Positions 14,431 through 27,896 of a stretch of 64,000 nucleotides of DNA are shown here, one piece after another. Location of the stretch: NCBI GenBank assembly GCA_951406725.2, contig OX597827.1, positions 13,268,001-13,332,000 on the forward strand, read 5' to 3'. Numbering within the stretch: the first letter of the stretch is position 1; each line of letters begins with the position of its first letter. Under the pieces are notes generated by a model. It was not told where the DNA came from. It ran no database searches and was given only the letters and a program-made list of their open reading frames with translations. The DNA comes from Octopus vulgaris. Its lineage: Eukaryota. Both the position numbers and the translations under genes were made by a program.

Positions 14431-16402
14431 GTATGTATATATATACAAACATATGTATATATATGTATGTATATATATATAAATATATGTATATATATAT
14501 ATGTATATATATATATATAAATATATGTATATATATATATAAATATATGCATATATATATGTGTATATATATGTATAAATAGTAAGGATCTGAGTGAGTT
14601 TGAGAGTTCAAAGTTCGGAGTTGAGTGAAGTTTGTATTAATTCGCAATGAAGGTCAGAAGGTGCCGGTTGTTTAGTTCACAAGGAATATTGATTGTTGGT
14701 TCATAAAAAGATTTGTTTGTTTGTTACATTGTTTTTACTTTTGTCTGGTTATCTTATTTATTATACATAACAATTACGTTACAAAAGCTGGCAACAAGGG
14801 TTTCAAAGCTCAAATAAGTTATTTAACAATTTCTTTGTGATACAACTTGTTAAATAATGGAAGGCCTATTAGCTTCCATAGTACAGTTGCAAAAATAACA
14901 AAAAGAGCAGCAACAAGAGTTGCAGAAGTAACTATTACAGCAACGACTACATCAACAACAATTATTGAAGCTATATTCAAAAAGTCCAAAAATAAGGTGA
15001 GTTCGTTTTTGCCAGACAGCATTTTGAACTTGCTTAGTGAATTCACTTATAACCCAGGGAAGAGAATAACTTTTGCATTGTACTACAAAAGGTAAGATTG
15101 CAAATCATGGTTGGACGAACAAAAAGTGAGATTGTTATTGCAAAAATTATCTCTGTTAGAGACTGAACGTTACTGTAATTTCATATTGCCCAAAAACCCC
15201 AATGATATTTGTTTTAAAGAAACAATAGAATTACTGTCTAACATATTCAGTGATAAAACTTCTCCGTTTAACACTCGAAGGGAGTGTTGGAATATAAGGA
15301 AAAAAGAGAATGATGATTTTATCACAAATACAGGAACACAGTTGACAAGATGTGCAAAAGTTTTTAACTCAAAGAACTTACACCTGAGATGTTCAAGAGC
15401 CTTATTTTTGTACAAGGCTTTACAGCAAGCAAAGATAAAGAAATTCAGGCAAGAATTCTTTCTAAACTGGAAGAAGTGAATCAAAATCTAACCTTACAGT
15501 CTGTGGCAGAAGAATGCCAAAGGAGGGTAAATCTGAAACATGGTGCAGAAAAAAATGCAAGAAGAAGGATTCCTCAAAACTATAGATATGCCGACCAGAA
15601 AAATACAACTGTAAAAGAGCACCATGTCCTAATATATATTATGGATGTGGGACACATATATTTCATAAAAGACTGTCTATTTAAAAATCAAAAATGTTAC
15701 AGTTGGAAAAGAATTGATCACAAGAGTTCACACTGCAGAACAAAGTTACGAAGGTCAAAAGTTAAAAATCCTAGAGTGCTCTCAGCAGAAACAAAGAATA
15801 ACTCCCAAATAAGAAAATTCAGTCACGAAAAAATAAATGGAATGCATATTAAACTCCAATTGGAGACTGGAAGGGATACTTCAATAATAAATATGGATAC
15901 ATGGAAGAAAATATTAAAACCTATTTTGAGAAAAACGGCAAAATCCGCTTGTGGCATGACAGGCAACAAATTACATTTCATAGGCAAAATGTGGACTAAT
16001 GTTACCTTTCGAGGTAAAACATGCAAGACAAATGTCTTCATTGTTAAAAAGGCAACCGATCTGTGTGGTACCAATTGGTTAGAATTATTCGATTTATGGG
16101 ACCTCCCCAAAAATCTCTGTTGTAAAAATCTAAAAGGTTGTCCCTCTAAAAATAATTCGTCCAATGAGTTACAGACAAAATTTTTTTTTAAATGTTTCTC
16201 TTGGACAAACTAGGTCTATGCACAAAGACTGAAGTGTATTTTGAATTAGATGATAACATTACACCTGTGCTCAGGCCTAATAGGAAAGTGCCTTTTGTAG
16301 CAATAAAGCAAGAGTACCATGAGTTGGACAGTTTGGGAAAAAGCGGAATAATTGAAAAAGTGGATTACGTGAAATGGGTAGCTCCGACTGTATGTATAAA
16401 AA
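14043..16402 (+). mobile_element. Truncated, decayed Ty3/Gypsy LTR retrotransposon (putative 5' LTR, gag, protease, start of RT)
   Basis: Frameshifted peptides SEFTYNP..FALYYKR and DEQKVRLLLQKL..ERYCNFILPK (gag); paired zinc-knuckle remnant KDCLFKNQKCYS..HKSSHC; LQLETGRDTSII (protease, D to E); LGLCTK..RKVPF..GIIEKVDYVKWVAPTV (RT start). PBS-like tggcaacaagg at 14789 follows ..gttaca. Breaks off at a (GT)n tract and a SINE. Confidence 0.88.
14195..14290. repeat. Perfect 40-bp inverted repeat with a 16-nt spacer
   Basis: ttatatttcggaatggtcattttgccagtttagccaataa and its exact reverse complement. Confidence 0.92.
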
Positions 16403-16421
16403 TGTGTGTGTGTGTGTGTGT

Positions 16422-16745
16422 GAAGGCACATGGCTCAGTGGTTAGAGTGTCAAGCTTACAATCGTGAGGTTGTGAGTTTGAATCCCGGACCAGGCTGCAT
16501 GTTGTGTTCTTGAGCAAGACACTTTATTTCACGTTTCTCCAGTTCACTCAGCTGCAGAAATGAGTTGCGATGTCACTGGTACCAAACTGTATCGGCCTTG
16601 GATAACACTGGTGGCGTGGAGAGGGGAGGCCGGTATGCATGGGCGACTGCCAGTCTTCCATAAACAACCTTGCCTGGACTTGCGCCTGGGAGGGTTACTT
16701 TTTAGGTGCAATCCCATGGTCAGTCATGACCGAAGGGGGGTCTCA
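16422..16745 (+). mobile_element. SINE family E (tRNA head, CORE-like cttgagcaagacac, distinct tail)
   Basis: Head ggcacatggctcagtggttagagtg; head relatives at about 52625-52865 (-) and 56855 (+). Confidence 0.72.
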
Positions 16746-16786
<41 letters not shown>

Positions 16787-16871
16787 TGTCTGACGAGCAG
16801 GAACATGAAACTCTGAGTAACAACTTTTGTTATATTTCTGCTGCTTTTAAATAAAGTATATATATATATAT

Positions 16872-17078
16872 ATATATATAACGGGAAGGTTTACGAAAAG
16901 AAACAAAAGACGAAGGCAGGTGGAGTACAAACAAACAATGTATTACTATGGCACTCAGGAATAAAAATAAAACAAGTCTTTTACATTTCGAGCCTATGCT
17001 CTTTGACAGAAAGATACACAGAAAAGAAACAAGGAGAGAAAAAAATTGCGTGTAGGGGCTAACGATCCAACATGGCGT
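16872..17078 (-). mobile_element. Penelope-like terminal-repeat relic carrying a hammerhead-like fold; copies at about 49001-49198 and 56280-56441
   Basis: Three homologous ~200-bp segments between (AT)n tracts, with CTGNN(G/A)A-A-GAGC-loop-GC(T/C)C-GAAA on the minus strand. Confidence 0.55.
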
Positions 17079-17364
17079 TATATATATATATATATATATA
17101 TACACCATTATACATATAAGTGTGTGTGTTCATGTGTGTAGTACAGAGATACATTGGAACTTCATGCAGTCTTTTAGCTTGTTGTCTGATCCTTCTGAAC
17201 CATCCAAAACACACCGGCATGAACGACGGATATTAACTGATAATGATGATAAATATATATGTGCGTGTTGTAAGCCATTCCAGCAAGGGAAAACATACAT
17301 CAGATGAAACATGCTGATGCCTATCACACACACGTCTCCACACTCATACATGCATATAAGCATG

Positions 17365-17403
<39 letters not shown>

Positions 17404-17799
17404 ACATAATTAAAAATCATGAAATGAAGGTTGGTAATGATGGCAGCAATAGGAGAGAAGAGTGATAAGGTGTATGTGTTTTACTTGCAATAAACAGATT
17501 TTCACTTGAGAAGTGGAACTGGAAGGCAAAAATCTATATTCTTCCAAAACATGTTTTCCTGACAATGAAGGAAACAATGTATAAGGAAGCAAACAATAGA
17601 TTCCTGGATGACAAATCCTCTGTTGAAATAAATGTTAGGTTGTAAATAGAGGCATCACTTCAATCAACTGTGTTAATAATATGCACATTGCTAGGTGTGT
17701 ATAATTGATTATATGTATGCAACTGTGTGTGTATGTATATATAGATATATGAATCCATTAATTAGTGAACATAGAAAATTTTATGGTTACGAAAGCATA

Positions 17800-17950
17800 C
17801 ATACATTAATATACACATACATAAATTTATACATACATAAATATATACATACATTAATATACACATACATAAATTTATACATACATAAATATATACATAC
17901 ATTAATATACACTTACATAAATTTATACATACATAAATATATACATACAT
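17800..17950. repeat. 48-bp minisatellite, three copies
   Basis: acattaatatacacatacataaatttatacatacataaatatatacat repeated. Confidence 0.85.
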
Positions 17951-18113
17951 AAATTCACACACAAACACATACACAGACACACAGAAACACACACACACAC
18001 ACACACATACACATTTATAAATTTATAGAGAAAGGGAAGTGGGGAGAAGGAAAATGAAAGAGCAGTAAACTTATTCGTGCTTGAAATTCTCTAACAAAAT
18101 GCATTATTGTATG

Positions 18114-18149
<36 letters not shown>

Positions 18150-18151
<2 letters not shown>

Positions 18152-18329
18152 CTTATGAGAGTGTGTATACATATTTTATATGTAAGCACATATATATATA
18201 ACTATATATATACACACACACATACACGTTATGTATGTGTGTATGTGTGTGTGTGCATGCGTTTGGGTGTGTATAAGCATATATTATGAATAGATAATTA
18301 TAATGATATGTATAGCATTACTTGCGTGT

Positions 18330-18367
<38 letters not shown>

Positions 18368-18621
18368 GTATAATATCTATATACGAGTGCAGGTGTGTAT
18401 ATGAGCGAATGTATATGTGTATGTATGTGTGTATACAAATATGTATATGCATTTATGTGTATACATATTTTATATGTAAGCACATATATATATAACTATA
18501 TATATATACACACACACACACATACACGTTATGTATGTATGTGTGTGTGTGCATGCGTTTGGGTGTGTATAAGCATATATTATGAATAGATAATTATAAT
18601 GATATGTATAGCATTACTTGC

Positions 18622-18683
<62 letters not shown>

Positions 18684-18770
18684 GTATAATATCTATATAC
18701 GAGTGCAGGTGTGTATATGAGCGAATGTATATGTGTATGTATGTGTGTATACAAATATGTATATGCATTT
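18150..18770. repeat. Tandem duplication of a ~296-bp microsatellite-rich unit
   Basis: gcgtttgggtg at 18259 and 18555. Confidence 0.85.
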
Positions 18771-19504
18771 GCCTAATATTCTATCATTTGAAATAGATTG
18801 AACAATTATTTTTGTCTTATTATTTCTTGCATATTGATTGAAGTAAAGTATCATTGAAGAATGCTGGTTTTCAATTAATTATTATTTTAGCTTTTGCCTT
18901 TGAAATTAATTGCCATCTTTCACAAATTACCTTGTCATGTGCCAGTAAGTATCGTCATTGTTCTCCAATTTTAGCTTTGTTGCTAATAAGGCAAATAATT
19001 TCAGACGTGCATCTGGTATTTAGCTACAACACACTGAGAGAGCTGGAATATGGTTTTCCTTTCCTGAAATTCATGCATTCGGTAATAACCATATAATCAT
19101 CATCATCATCATCGTTTAACGTCAGTTTTCCGCGCTAGCACGGGTTGGACGGTTTCGACCGGGGTCTGGGGAGCTAGGGACTGCCCCAGGCTCCAGTCTA
19201 GTCTGGCAGTGTTTCTACAGCTGGATGCCCTTCCTAACGCCAACCACTCCGCGAGTGTAGTGGGTGTTTTTTACGTGCCACCTGCACAGGTGCCAGAGGG
19301 GTCTGGCATCGGCCACGTTCGGATGGTGCTTTTTTTATTATGTGGGGGGGGGGCAGAAATATAGGGGAGCACCAGTGGGGAGGGGTGGTTCAGAGGAATG
19401 ATGACAGGTTCTTAGGCAAGTAGAACGTAGGATAGAGGGTAATGCATGGTGAAAATAGCGTATTGAGGAGGGGGCATTCGAAGAGTAGACACCTATAATA
19501 TATA

Positions 19505-19664
19505 TATATATATGTGTGTGTCTGTATATGCATGATGTGCGAGTATATATACAATTGTGCTTGTGTACGTTTTTGTGTGCATGAGTGTGTACATGTATAT
19601 GTATATGCATAGACACACACACAAATCTCCCTCCCCCTCTCTCTCTTTTTATATATTTACACAA

Positions 19665-19700
<36 letters not shown>

Positions 19701-19704
19701 ACAC

Positions 19705-19735
<31 letters not shown>

Positions 19736-19744
19736 TATATAGGC

Positions 19745-19776
<32 letters not shown>

Positions 19777-19955
19777 CTGTATATGCATGATGTATGAGTA
19801 TATATACAATTGTGTTTGTGTACGTTTTTGTGCACATGAGTGTGTGTATGTATATGTATATGCATAGACATACACACAAATCTCCCTCCCCCTCTCTCTC
19901 TTTTTATATATTTACACAAACACACACATATATATATATATATATATACATACAC

Positions 19956-19986
<31 letters not shown>

Positions 19987-20000
19987 TATATAGGCATATA
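19505..20000. repeat. Tandem duplication of a ~255-bp microsatellite-rich unit
   Basis: tctccctccccctc at about 19626 and 19881. Confidence 0.85.
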
Positions 20001-20084
20001 TATATATACTTACACACGAATATACACACACATATATACATATATGTATGCATATATATATATATGCATACATACATGCATGCA

Positions 20085-20119
<35 letters not shown>

Positions 20120-20472
20120 CATCATCATCATCATTGAACGTCTATTTTCCATGCTGACAAAGGTTGGATCATTTGACAGGAGCTGGCAGATCAGAAGACA
20201 GCATCAAGCTCTACTTTCTGCTTTGGCAAGGTTTCTATGGTTGGATGCCATTCCTAACGCCAGCCACTTTACAGAGTATTGTGGGTGCTTTTTATGTAGA
20301 ACCACCAACAGTGAAGTTACCAACTGACTATGCAAACCTGAAGTCAAAATTGGTGTATTATCTGAGAAATGACATGAATAACGTTGCATCATTCTGTGTT
20401 CCGGTTCCTAAGCTATACCAACTTCCAAACTGAATACCACTGCATCATACCAAAGATCCCATTTTCTCCATC

Positions 20473-20871
20473 TACTCTTTTTTTTACTTGTTTCAGTCAT
20501 TTGACTGCAGCCATGCTGGAGCACCGCCTTTAGTCAAGCAAATCGACTCCGGGAATTATTCTTTGTAAGCCCAGTACTTATTCTATCGGTCTCTTTTGCC
20601 GAACTGCTAAGTGACGGGGACATAAACACACCAGCATCGGTTGTCAAGCAATGCTAGGGGACAAACACAGACACACAAACACATACATATATATATATAC
20701 ATATATACAACAGGCTTCTTTCAGTTTCCGTCTACCAAATCCACTCACAAGGCATTGGTCGGCATGGGGCTATAGCAGAAGACACTTGCCCAAGATGCCA
20801 CGCAGTGGGACTGAACCCGGAACCATGTGGTTGGTTAGCAAGCTACTTACCATACAGCCACACCTGCACCT
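20473..20871 (-). mobile_element. SINE family B
   Basis: Full-length similarity to the 2893 copy. Confidence 0.85.
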
Positions 20872-21164
20872 ATCTAGTGTAAGGACCAAATATTGTAATA
20901 TTTAAGGGGTCACAACTTTTCCAAATACCTTGCAAAAAATGTTTGATATATATGAGGCATAGATATGGATATGCTCAAGGGGCATTTGGATATATTTTTA
21001 TCTTTGGTATTAAACGATAAGTGTGGGATCAAGCAACTCATTGAGACCTGAAATCAAGATAGCATCAACAGCAAAGAAATAAATTTAAAATCTAGATTCC
21101 TCTATTTCACTCGCTTGTTTCACTCATGCATGCACACATGCTTTTGCACATACATGCTATAGCT

Positions 21165-21394
21165 TATTTCCTGCATGAATGGAGGTTCAACAATGTGGAT
21201 CAAGTGCAAAGAGTTTTGTACCTCTAATCCAGCCAAATGGTATAAGTGTGGAACTGAACTTCTGGTACAACAACAGCAAGAGTCCATAGCATATGAGGGG
21301 CAATATTTTGATGGATAAACATATTTTGTAAGTTATTTGTCTGAACTGTTAATTAAAGCTTAAAACACAAAAAAATTTTGACTCAACCTGGCAT
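21165..21394 (+). mobile_element. Mariner transposase C-terminal relic with right TIR
   Basis: RFNNVDQVQ / frameshift / EFCTSNPAKWYKCGTELLVQQQQESIAYEGQYFDG-stop; TIR-like tttgactcaacctggcata. Confidence 0.7.
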
Positions 21395-21953
21395 ATACAC
21401 ACACACACACACATAAAAACATGCATATATATATATATAGGTATATCCAAGCATGTTTAAGTGTATGTGTACTTGTATATAACAGATTTTAATAAATTAA
21501 CAGCAATAAATAAATAAATAAATAAATAAATAAGTAACTGAGAAAAAGTTATTCAGTATCCAAGAAGAATGATCATGTTTTATGAGAAAGAAATTCACAG
21601 GAAATGTGACTTCAACATTTTGTCAAAAATAAACCATCAAGCAGTGAATAATTAAAAACCAACAAAGTTTTTGATGATTTCAGACATAAGAAAAGATGAA
21701 AAAAAAAAAAAAAGAATTCTGGAAGATGGGACAAGCTAGAAAAAATATGGAAAAATGTGGAAACAAGAAAATTTGAAGAAAACTTATGTCAAGCTAATAG
21801 GAAAATTTAATGGATAATATTTAAATTGAATAGAAAATTTATGGCTGCGAGATTTAAGATATGCATACACATATGTAAACCTAGATACATACACAAACCA
21901 TTCAAATATATATATATGTATGTATATATATACATATATATGTGTATATATAT

Positions 21954-22070
<117 letters not shown>

Positions 22071-22148
22071 TATATACATATATATACATATATATATATA
22101 TTCATATACATATATATATATATACATATATATATATACATATATATA

Positions 22149-22183
<35 letters not shown>

Positions 22184-22302
22184 GTATGTATGTATAAACA
22201 AAAATGAACTAAGAGAAATAACATGGAATGGCCAGTGGCATGTATTTGAATAACATAGACAAATACAGTTATTTCAAATAGCATACAGTATAAATTCTTT
22301 AC

Positions 22303-22403
22303 TTATTGAAATTATCTCCATCTCTAGAGGAAGTGCCATTATTATCCAATGGCAACTGAGACAAGCTCCATACGAGAATGAGAAATAATTCAAATTCAAC
22401 ATG
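22303..22403 (-). CDS. Candidate exon 7 (101 nt, phase 0-2, HVEFELFLILVWSLSQLPLDNNGTSSRDGDNFN)
   Basis: Acceptor ccctttcctaaatag|, donor AA|gtaaag, phase fits both neighbours. Confidence 0.33.
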
Positions 22404-22725
22404 CTATTTAGGAAAGGGACAGATTCATTGTTTGAAAATGTGTGTGTAGTTGTGGACATCATGTTTCTGCCTCAAAAAGGTGTCATCAGTATGACATTCG
22501 ATCTCACCTTTCTCCATCAGCCATGGGCTTAAAGAGATACAAAAAGGGGTTGAGCACATTTAACCCTAGGTAATTTGCATAATTAAAACGAATGAGTTCA
22601 TGGAAATAAAAGTCAAAATGGTCAGTGGCATGTATTTGGTCAACATAAACAAATAAAGCAACATCAAACACATATGACATAAATTCATAGATTTAGTGAT
22701 GCAAACAGGAAAAATGTAACTCAAA

Positions 22726-22766
<41 letters not shown>

Positions 22767-22880
22767 TGTGTTTGTGTGTGTGTGTATGTGTGTGTGTGTG
22801 TGTGTGTATGTGCTTCATTATTTATTATAATTAATAACTGGCTCTCAACCCTTTAATCACTCTGTAACTTCTACTGATAA

Positions 22881-23282
22881 TCTTTATATATAAAAGTGAG
22901 GTTGTGTGCTGTCTGTCTCCTACGATTTAGATTCCTAACTACTCCCACATTTTGCAGTGCAGTTTAACCAAAACCGGGTATCTTATAGTCGTGATTCATA
23001 TTGAGCCCTTCTGGGTATTAGCGCACGTCTACGATGAGTCTACGATTTTTAAAAAAAATTACCATCATTTTTTTCCATTTTAATGCATTTTTTTCGCTAT
23101 TAAATAAGGGAAGTAACTCTCTAAAAATGTCTACAATGAGTCAACGATTTTTAAAAAGATTTACCATCGTTTTTTTTCCATTTTAAATGCATTTTTTTGC
23201 TATTTTTTGGCTATAACTCTCTAAAAATTCTTATATAGTTATTTCCCTTACAAACCTGAGCAACGCCGGGCGATACTGCTAG
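22881..23282 (+). mobile_element. Non-autonomous Helitron (about 400 bp)
   Basis: 5' TC(tttatatataaaag), 3' GC-rich hairpin followed by CTAG, inserted between A and T; second copy at 33166. Confidence 0.8.
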
Positions 23283-23604
23283 TTAATAATAAAAATAAAA
23301 GGCATAAATTGTTTATTTATTAAAATTATTGCCCCCTCTAGAAGAGGAAATAATCTTAATAACCAAGATTTCTCCTAAGTTGACATGCTGCTATAACAAA
23401 AAATACAGGTTTATTGTCTTTTCTTATATGGAGTTTGTTTTAATTGTCATTTGGTAATTATCATACAACCTCTAGAGATGAAAACAATTCTTATATAAGT
23501 TGGATGAAGTTTCTGCAAAAACACACCTCACACCATTTGCAGTGGTCATCCATCATTTATTTCTTGAAATTCAGCATCCTGAGATATGTTTTCACCACTT
23601 AATC

Positions 23605-24011
23605 TTTTTACTCTTTTACTTGTTTCAGTCATTTGACTGTGGCCATGCTGGAGCACCGCCTTTAGTCGAGCAAATCGACCCCGGGACTTATTCTTTGTAT
23701 GCCCAGTACTTATTCTATCGGTCTCTTTTGCCGAACCGCTAAGTGACGGGGACGTAAACACACCAGCATCGGTTGTCAAGCAATGCTAGGGGGACAAACA
23801 CAGACACACAAACACACACACACATACATATATATATATACATATATAAGACGGGCTTCTTTCAGTTTCCGTCTACCAAATCCACTCACAAGTCTTTGGT
23901 CGGCCTTAGGCTATAGCAGAAGACACTTGCCCAAGATGCCACGCAGTGGGACTGAACCCGGAACCATGTGGTTGGTTAGCAAGCTACTTACCACACTGCC
24001 ACTCCTGCGCA
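23605..24011 (-). mobile_element. SINE family B
   Basis: Full-length similarity to the 2893 copy. Confidence 0.85.
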
Positions 24012-24372
24012 TGCATATGTTTTATTTGTTTTGGAGAGAAAGAGGTCCAAAGATTTTTCCTACTCTTCTTCACCCAACTGTCATCATTCATACACATCTC
24101 ACAGTCATATAAGTGCAGTATTTTCTCTTGCATATCATATCTGATTCCTTATATAAACAGTATTTCTTTCAGTTCATTTGTACTTTGTCATTCATAGACA
24201 CTAGCATTACACATCGCATTGTACTCACTTGCTTCACATTTCCTCCAGTCCTTGTGCGTTCTCTTCATTCAACATCATGTTTTGCAACCACAGAATATCA
24301 GAGGTCATACACAAGTATTATTACATAACATTCTAATTATATAGGAGAGAGAGAGAGCAAGAACTTTTCTCA

Positions 24373-24612
24373 CTATCTATCTATCTATCTATCCGCTCAG
24401 TCGAAGTCGACTCTCGGTTACTCAATGGATCAGTGTCCTCAAGCCAGTTCTATCCTGGGTCGCTTCTTTCAGATTGGCTATATCCATTCCCATGTCACTC
24501 TTGATGGTGTCAAGCCAGCGGGTTCTTGGTTGGCCTCTTCCTCTCTTGCCACTGACCATTCCGAGCATGATGTCTTTCTCCAGGGATTTTCTCTGCATAA
24601 TATTTTGGGTAA
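24373..24612 (-). mobile_element. 5'-truncated RTE/BovB-like LINE 3' end with (ATAG)n tail
   Basis: IMQRKSLEKDIMLGMVSGKRGRGQPRTRWLDTIKSD..QDRT; microsatellite tail at 24373-24393. Confidence 0.85.
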
Positions 24613-24719
24613 TAGGCTTCCAGAACACTCACCTCCAGTACTAATTAAGTCATACTGAAAAGCAATTAGTAACTTCTATGGAGCCATCAAAACATATGAA
24701 AGAATCTAATTCATGAGTT

Positions 24720-24990
24720 AACTTTCAGCCCCTGTGCCTCTACCATTACAAAATCTTCCTCTTCTGCGACCTTACTTTCAATCCCAGTGCACCTCTTGTG
24801 CACCTGCAGGTTATACTGGGTATAATATAGAGAATTTCTTCTTACTCCTTTCTGCACATGAAACATGACTATTTCCTGAATGGCAGTATAGACACATCTC
24901 CTTTTTTTCTTTTACAGGCTTTCTTTGAGGACCCTTGATTCTAGCCTTCACTTCCTTGTTTGGAATATAATCCTTAAATTTTTGAAAGAT
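24720..24990 (-). mobile_element. Decayed RTE-type LINE internal fragment (RT end plus PHD-like Cys region)
   Basis: LESRVLK..; CFMCRKGVRRNS..QVHKRCTGI. Confidence 0.6.
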
Positions 24991-25272
24991 TCAGTTAAGT
25001 AAGCAAATCCATTAGCATACTGCATTAGCTCTTTTGATATCAACTAGCCTCAGACCCTTTCGATGTCAACCATCCTGATTCTGTGGTGCAAACCTCTTGC
25101 CTTCAAGTCATCTAAATTAAAACCTCATTTCAAAATTTCCTGTTAATTAGTGTTCCAAAAACTAGCTTAATAATGAAAATGGTATTTCAGTAAGCTCTTT
25201 ATTATTTTCAAAATTAATTGGCACAAACACAGAGTATTTCAACAGAAACGGAAAAACAAAAGTATTAGATAG

Positions 25273-25915
25273 CATCATCATCATCATCATTATCGTTTAA
25301 CGCCCGCTTTCCATGCTAGCATGGGTTGGACAATTTTGACTGAGGGCTGGTGAGCCAGATGGCTGCACCAGGCTCCAATCTTGATCTGACATAGTTTCTA
25401 CAGTTGGATGCCCTTCCTAATGCCGACCACTCCGAGAGTGTAGTGGATGCTTTTTACGTGCCACCTGCACAGGGGCCAGTCAGGTGGTACTGGCAATGAC
25501 CTTGCTTGAATCTTTTTACACATGCCACCAGCACAGGTGCCAGTGAAGCGATATTGGTAACGATCACGCTCGAATGGTGCCCTTTTATGTGCTATGGGTA
25601 CGGAAGCCAGTTGGCTGCTCTGGCAACGATCACGCTCAGATGGTGCTCTTGGTACCCTACTAGCACAGGCACAAGTGCCAGTAAGGTGACGCTGGTAACG
25701 ATCACACTCGAATGGTGCCCTTTTATGTGCCAGTTGTGTATGGAAGCCAGTTGGCTGCTCTGGCAACGATCACGCTCAGATGGTGCTCTTGGCACCCTAC
25801 TAGCACAGGCATAAGTGCCAGGAAGGTGACGTTGGTAACGATCATACTTGAATAGCTGCTCTGGCAACGATCACATTCGTATGGTGCTCTTTGTACCCCA
25901 CTAGCACGAATGCTA
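25273..25915 (-). mobile_element. Family A copy with an internal 138-140 bp tandem expansion
   Basis: ggtaacgatca anchors at 25556, 25694 and 25834. Confidence 0.8.
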
Positions 25916-26649
25916 GCCATCGAATTGATTTTTATTTTGATTTTGATTCTGTCTAAAATTATTTTGTTGAGTTAGAGAATTATGGTAAAGTGATGTGGGC
26001 TGAGGACAAAGACTTGATGGACACACACATACACATTTGCATGCTGACAGCATCACCTGTATATGTCTTGCACAACTCATATAAGCAATTCACTACCATC
26101 AGACTAGACTCTATGAAACTATTTCAGATGACTAAATAGGACACCTGCCCATCATGGAGTTACTCACTTAGAGCTGAGTGGACTGGATCAATGTGAGAAA
26201 AGGTGCTTTGCTCAGGAACACAATGCGTCACCAATCTGTGACACAAAAATACAATCTTGGAATGGTGACAGCAACACCCAAACCACCAGGCCATGTACCA
26301 TAACAAACACACACACATACATATGTACATAAATAGATAATATTGAATATACAAATACTTGATAAATATACAGATAGATATATACAAACATATATCTGTA
26401 AAGAAATACTAGGTTACATAAATATATATATATATATATATATGTATATGGATAGATACATTTACATCCATCGAAATATTTTTGTTGTATTTATACTCTC
26501 ATAACGTAATAATGATAATGTGTAATTGCATATATGTATTAATATAAATATGCATAAATGGAGACAGTACTACAGTATGCTTGTATACACCCACATATGT
26601 CGATATATACACATGTACACATATGTATGTATATATGTATGTATGCATA

Positions 26650-26884
26650 TATGTATATATGTATGAAAATATAAATATGCATGTGTGTGTATGAGAGTGT
26701 ACATATATATGCATATATATATATATATATACATATACATGTATATGTGTGTGTATACATATATATGAATGCAAGCATATATATTACGTATATATGTCTG
26801 TATGTATATATCAATCTATCTATATATATATTTATATGCATATATGTATATATGTATGTAAATGTGTGTATATATATATACATG

Positions 26885-26916
<32 letters not shown>

Positions 26917-26953
26917 ATTTTTATATATATATTTATATATTTTTATATATTTA

Positions 26954-27029
<76 letters not shown>

Positions 27030-27159
27030 TGGCATATATCTACAGATATCATTATATTTATTATTATTCATCAAAATGTCCTTATTGTATTTATACAGTT
27101 ATAATGTAATAATGGTGGTGTTTAATTGCATAAATATGGTCATTCAAATATACATACAT

Positions 27160-27194
<35 letters not shown>

Positions 27195-27230
27195 CATGTG
27201 TATGCATATATACATATATATACTTATATA

Positions 27231-27270
<40 letters not shown>

Positions 27271-27815
27271 AATATTATATAGAAACACCCATCTTCAAAT
27301 TATCACATGTAATACTCATGTATAGCCCTTTCCTGAAAGCTTTATTACAATATATATACATATTTAGAGAGAATATATGGGCATATATGTACATGTATTA
27401 TGTGAATGCGTGTGCATATACACATATATCAGCATGCATTTGTATATATGGATATACATATTCATGTATCAACAGTCCACAGCTTGTATGTAATGCATGC
27501 GCACAGGGACATGTATAATGAAATGATTATGTCTCAGTATTTATGTTTATGTATAGAAGATAAAAAATGAGCATGCAACCTCACTTACTACATGTATATG
27601 CAAATGTATATGTGTACATATGTAAATGCGCATACATATCAATACTTATACACACATATATATATATGTGTGTGTGTATGTATATATATATATATATAAA
27701 TATATATATGTATATATATTTATATATGTATATATATATATATTTATATATGTATATATATATATTTATATATGTATGTATGCATATGTATATATATGTA
27801 TTTATATATGTATTA

Positions 27816-27896
<81 letters not shown>

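Noticed and set aside
21163-21330. Apparent plus-strand host exon ending at a gtaagt donor
   Set aside because: Better explained as a frameshifted mariner transposase C-terminus
22430-22500. Minus-strand CTGATGA...GAAACATGATGTC hammerhead-like match
   Set aside because: No helix I and no credible helix II
25500-25915. Regularly spaced repeats resembling a CRISPR array
   Set aside because: The spacers are themselves repeated, the array lies within a retroelement, and there are no cas genes in this eukaryotic context
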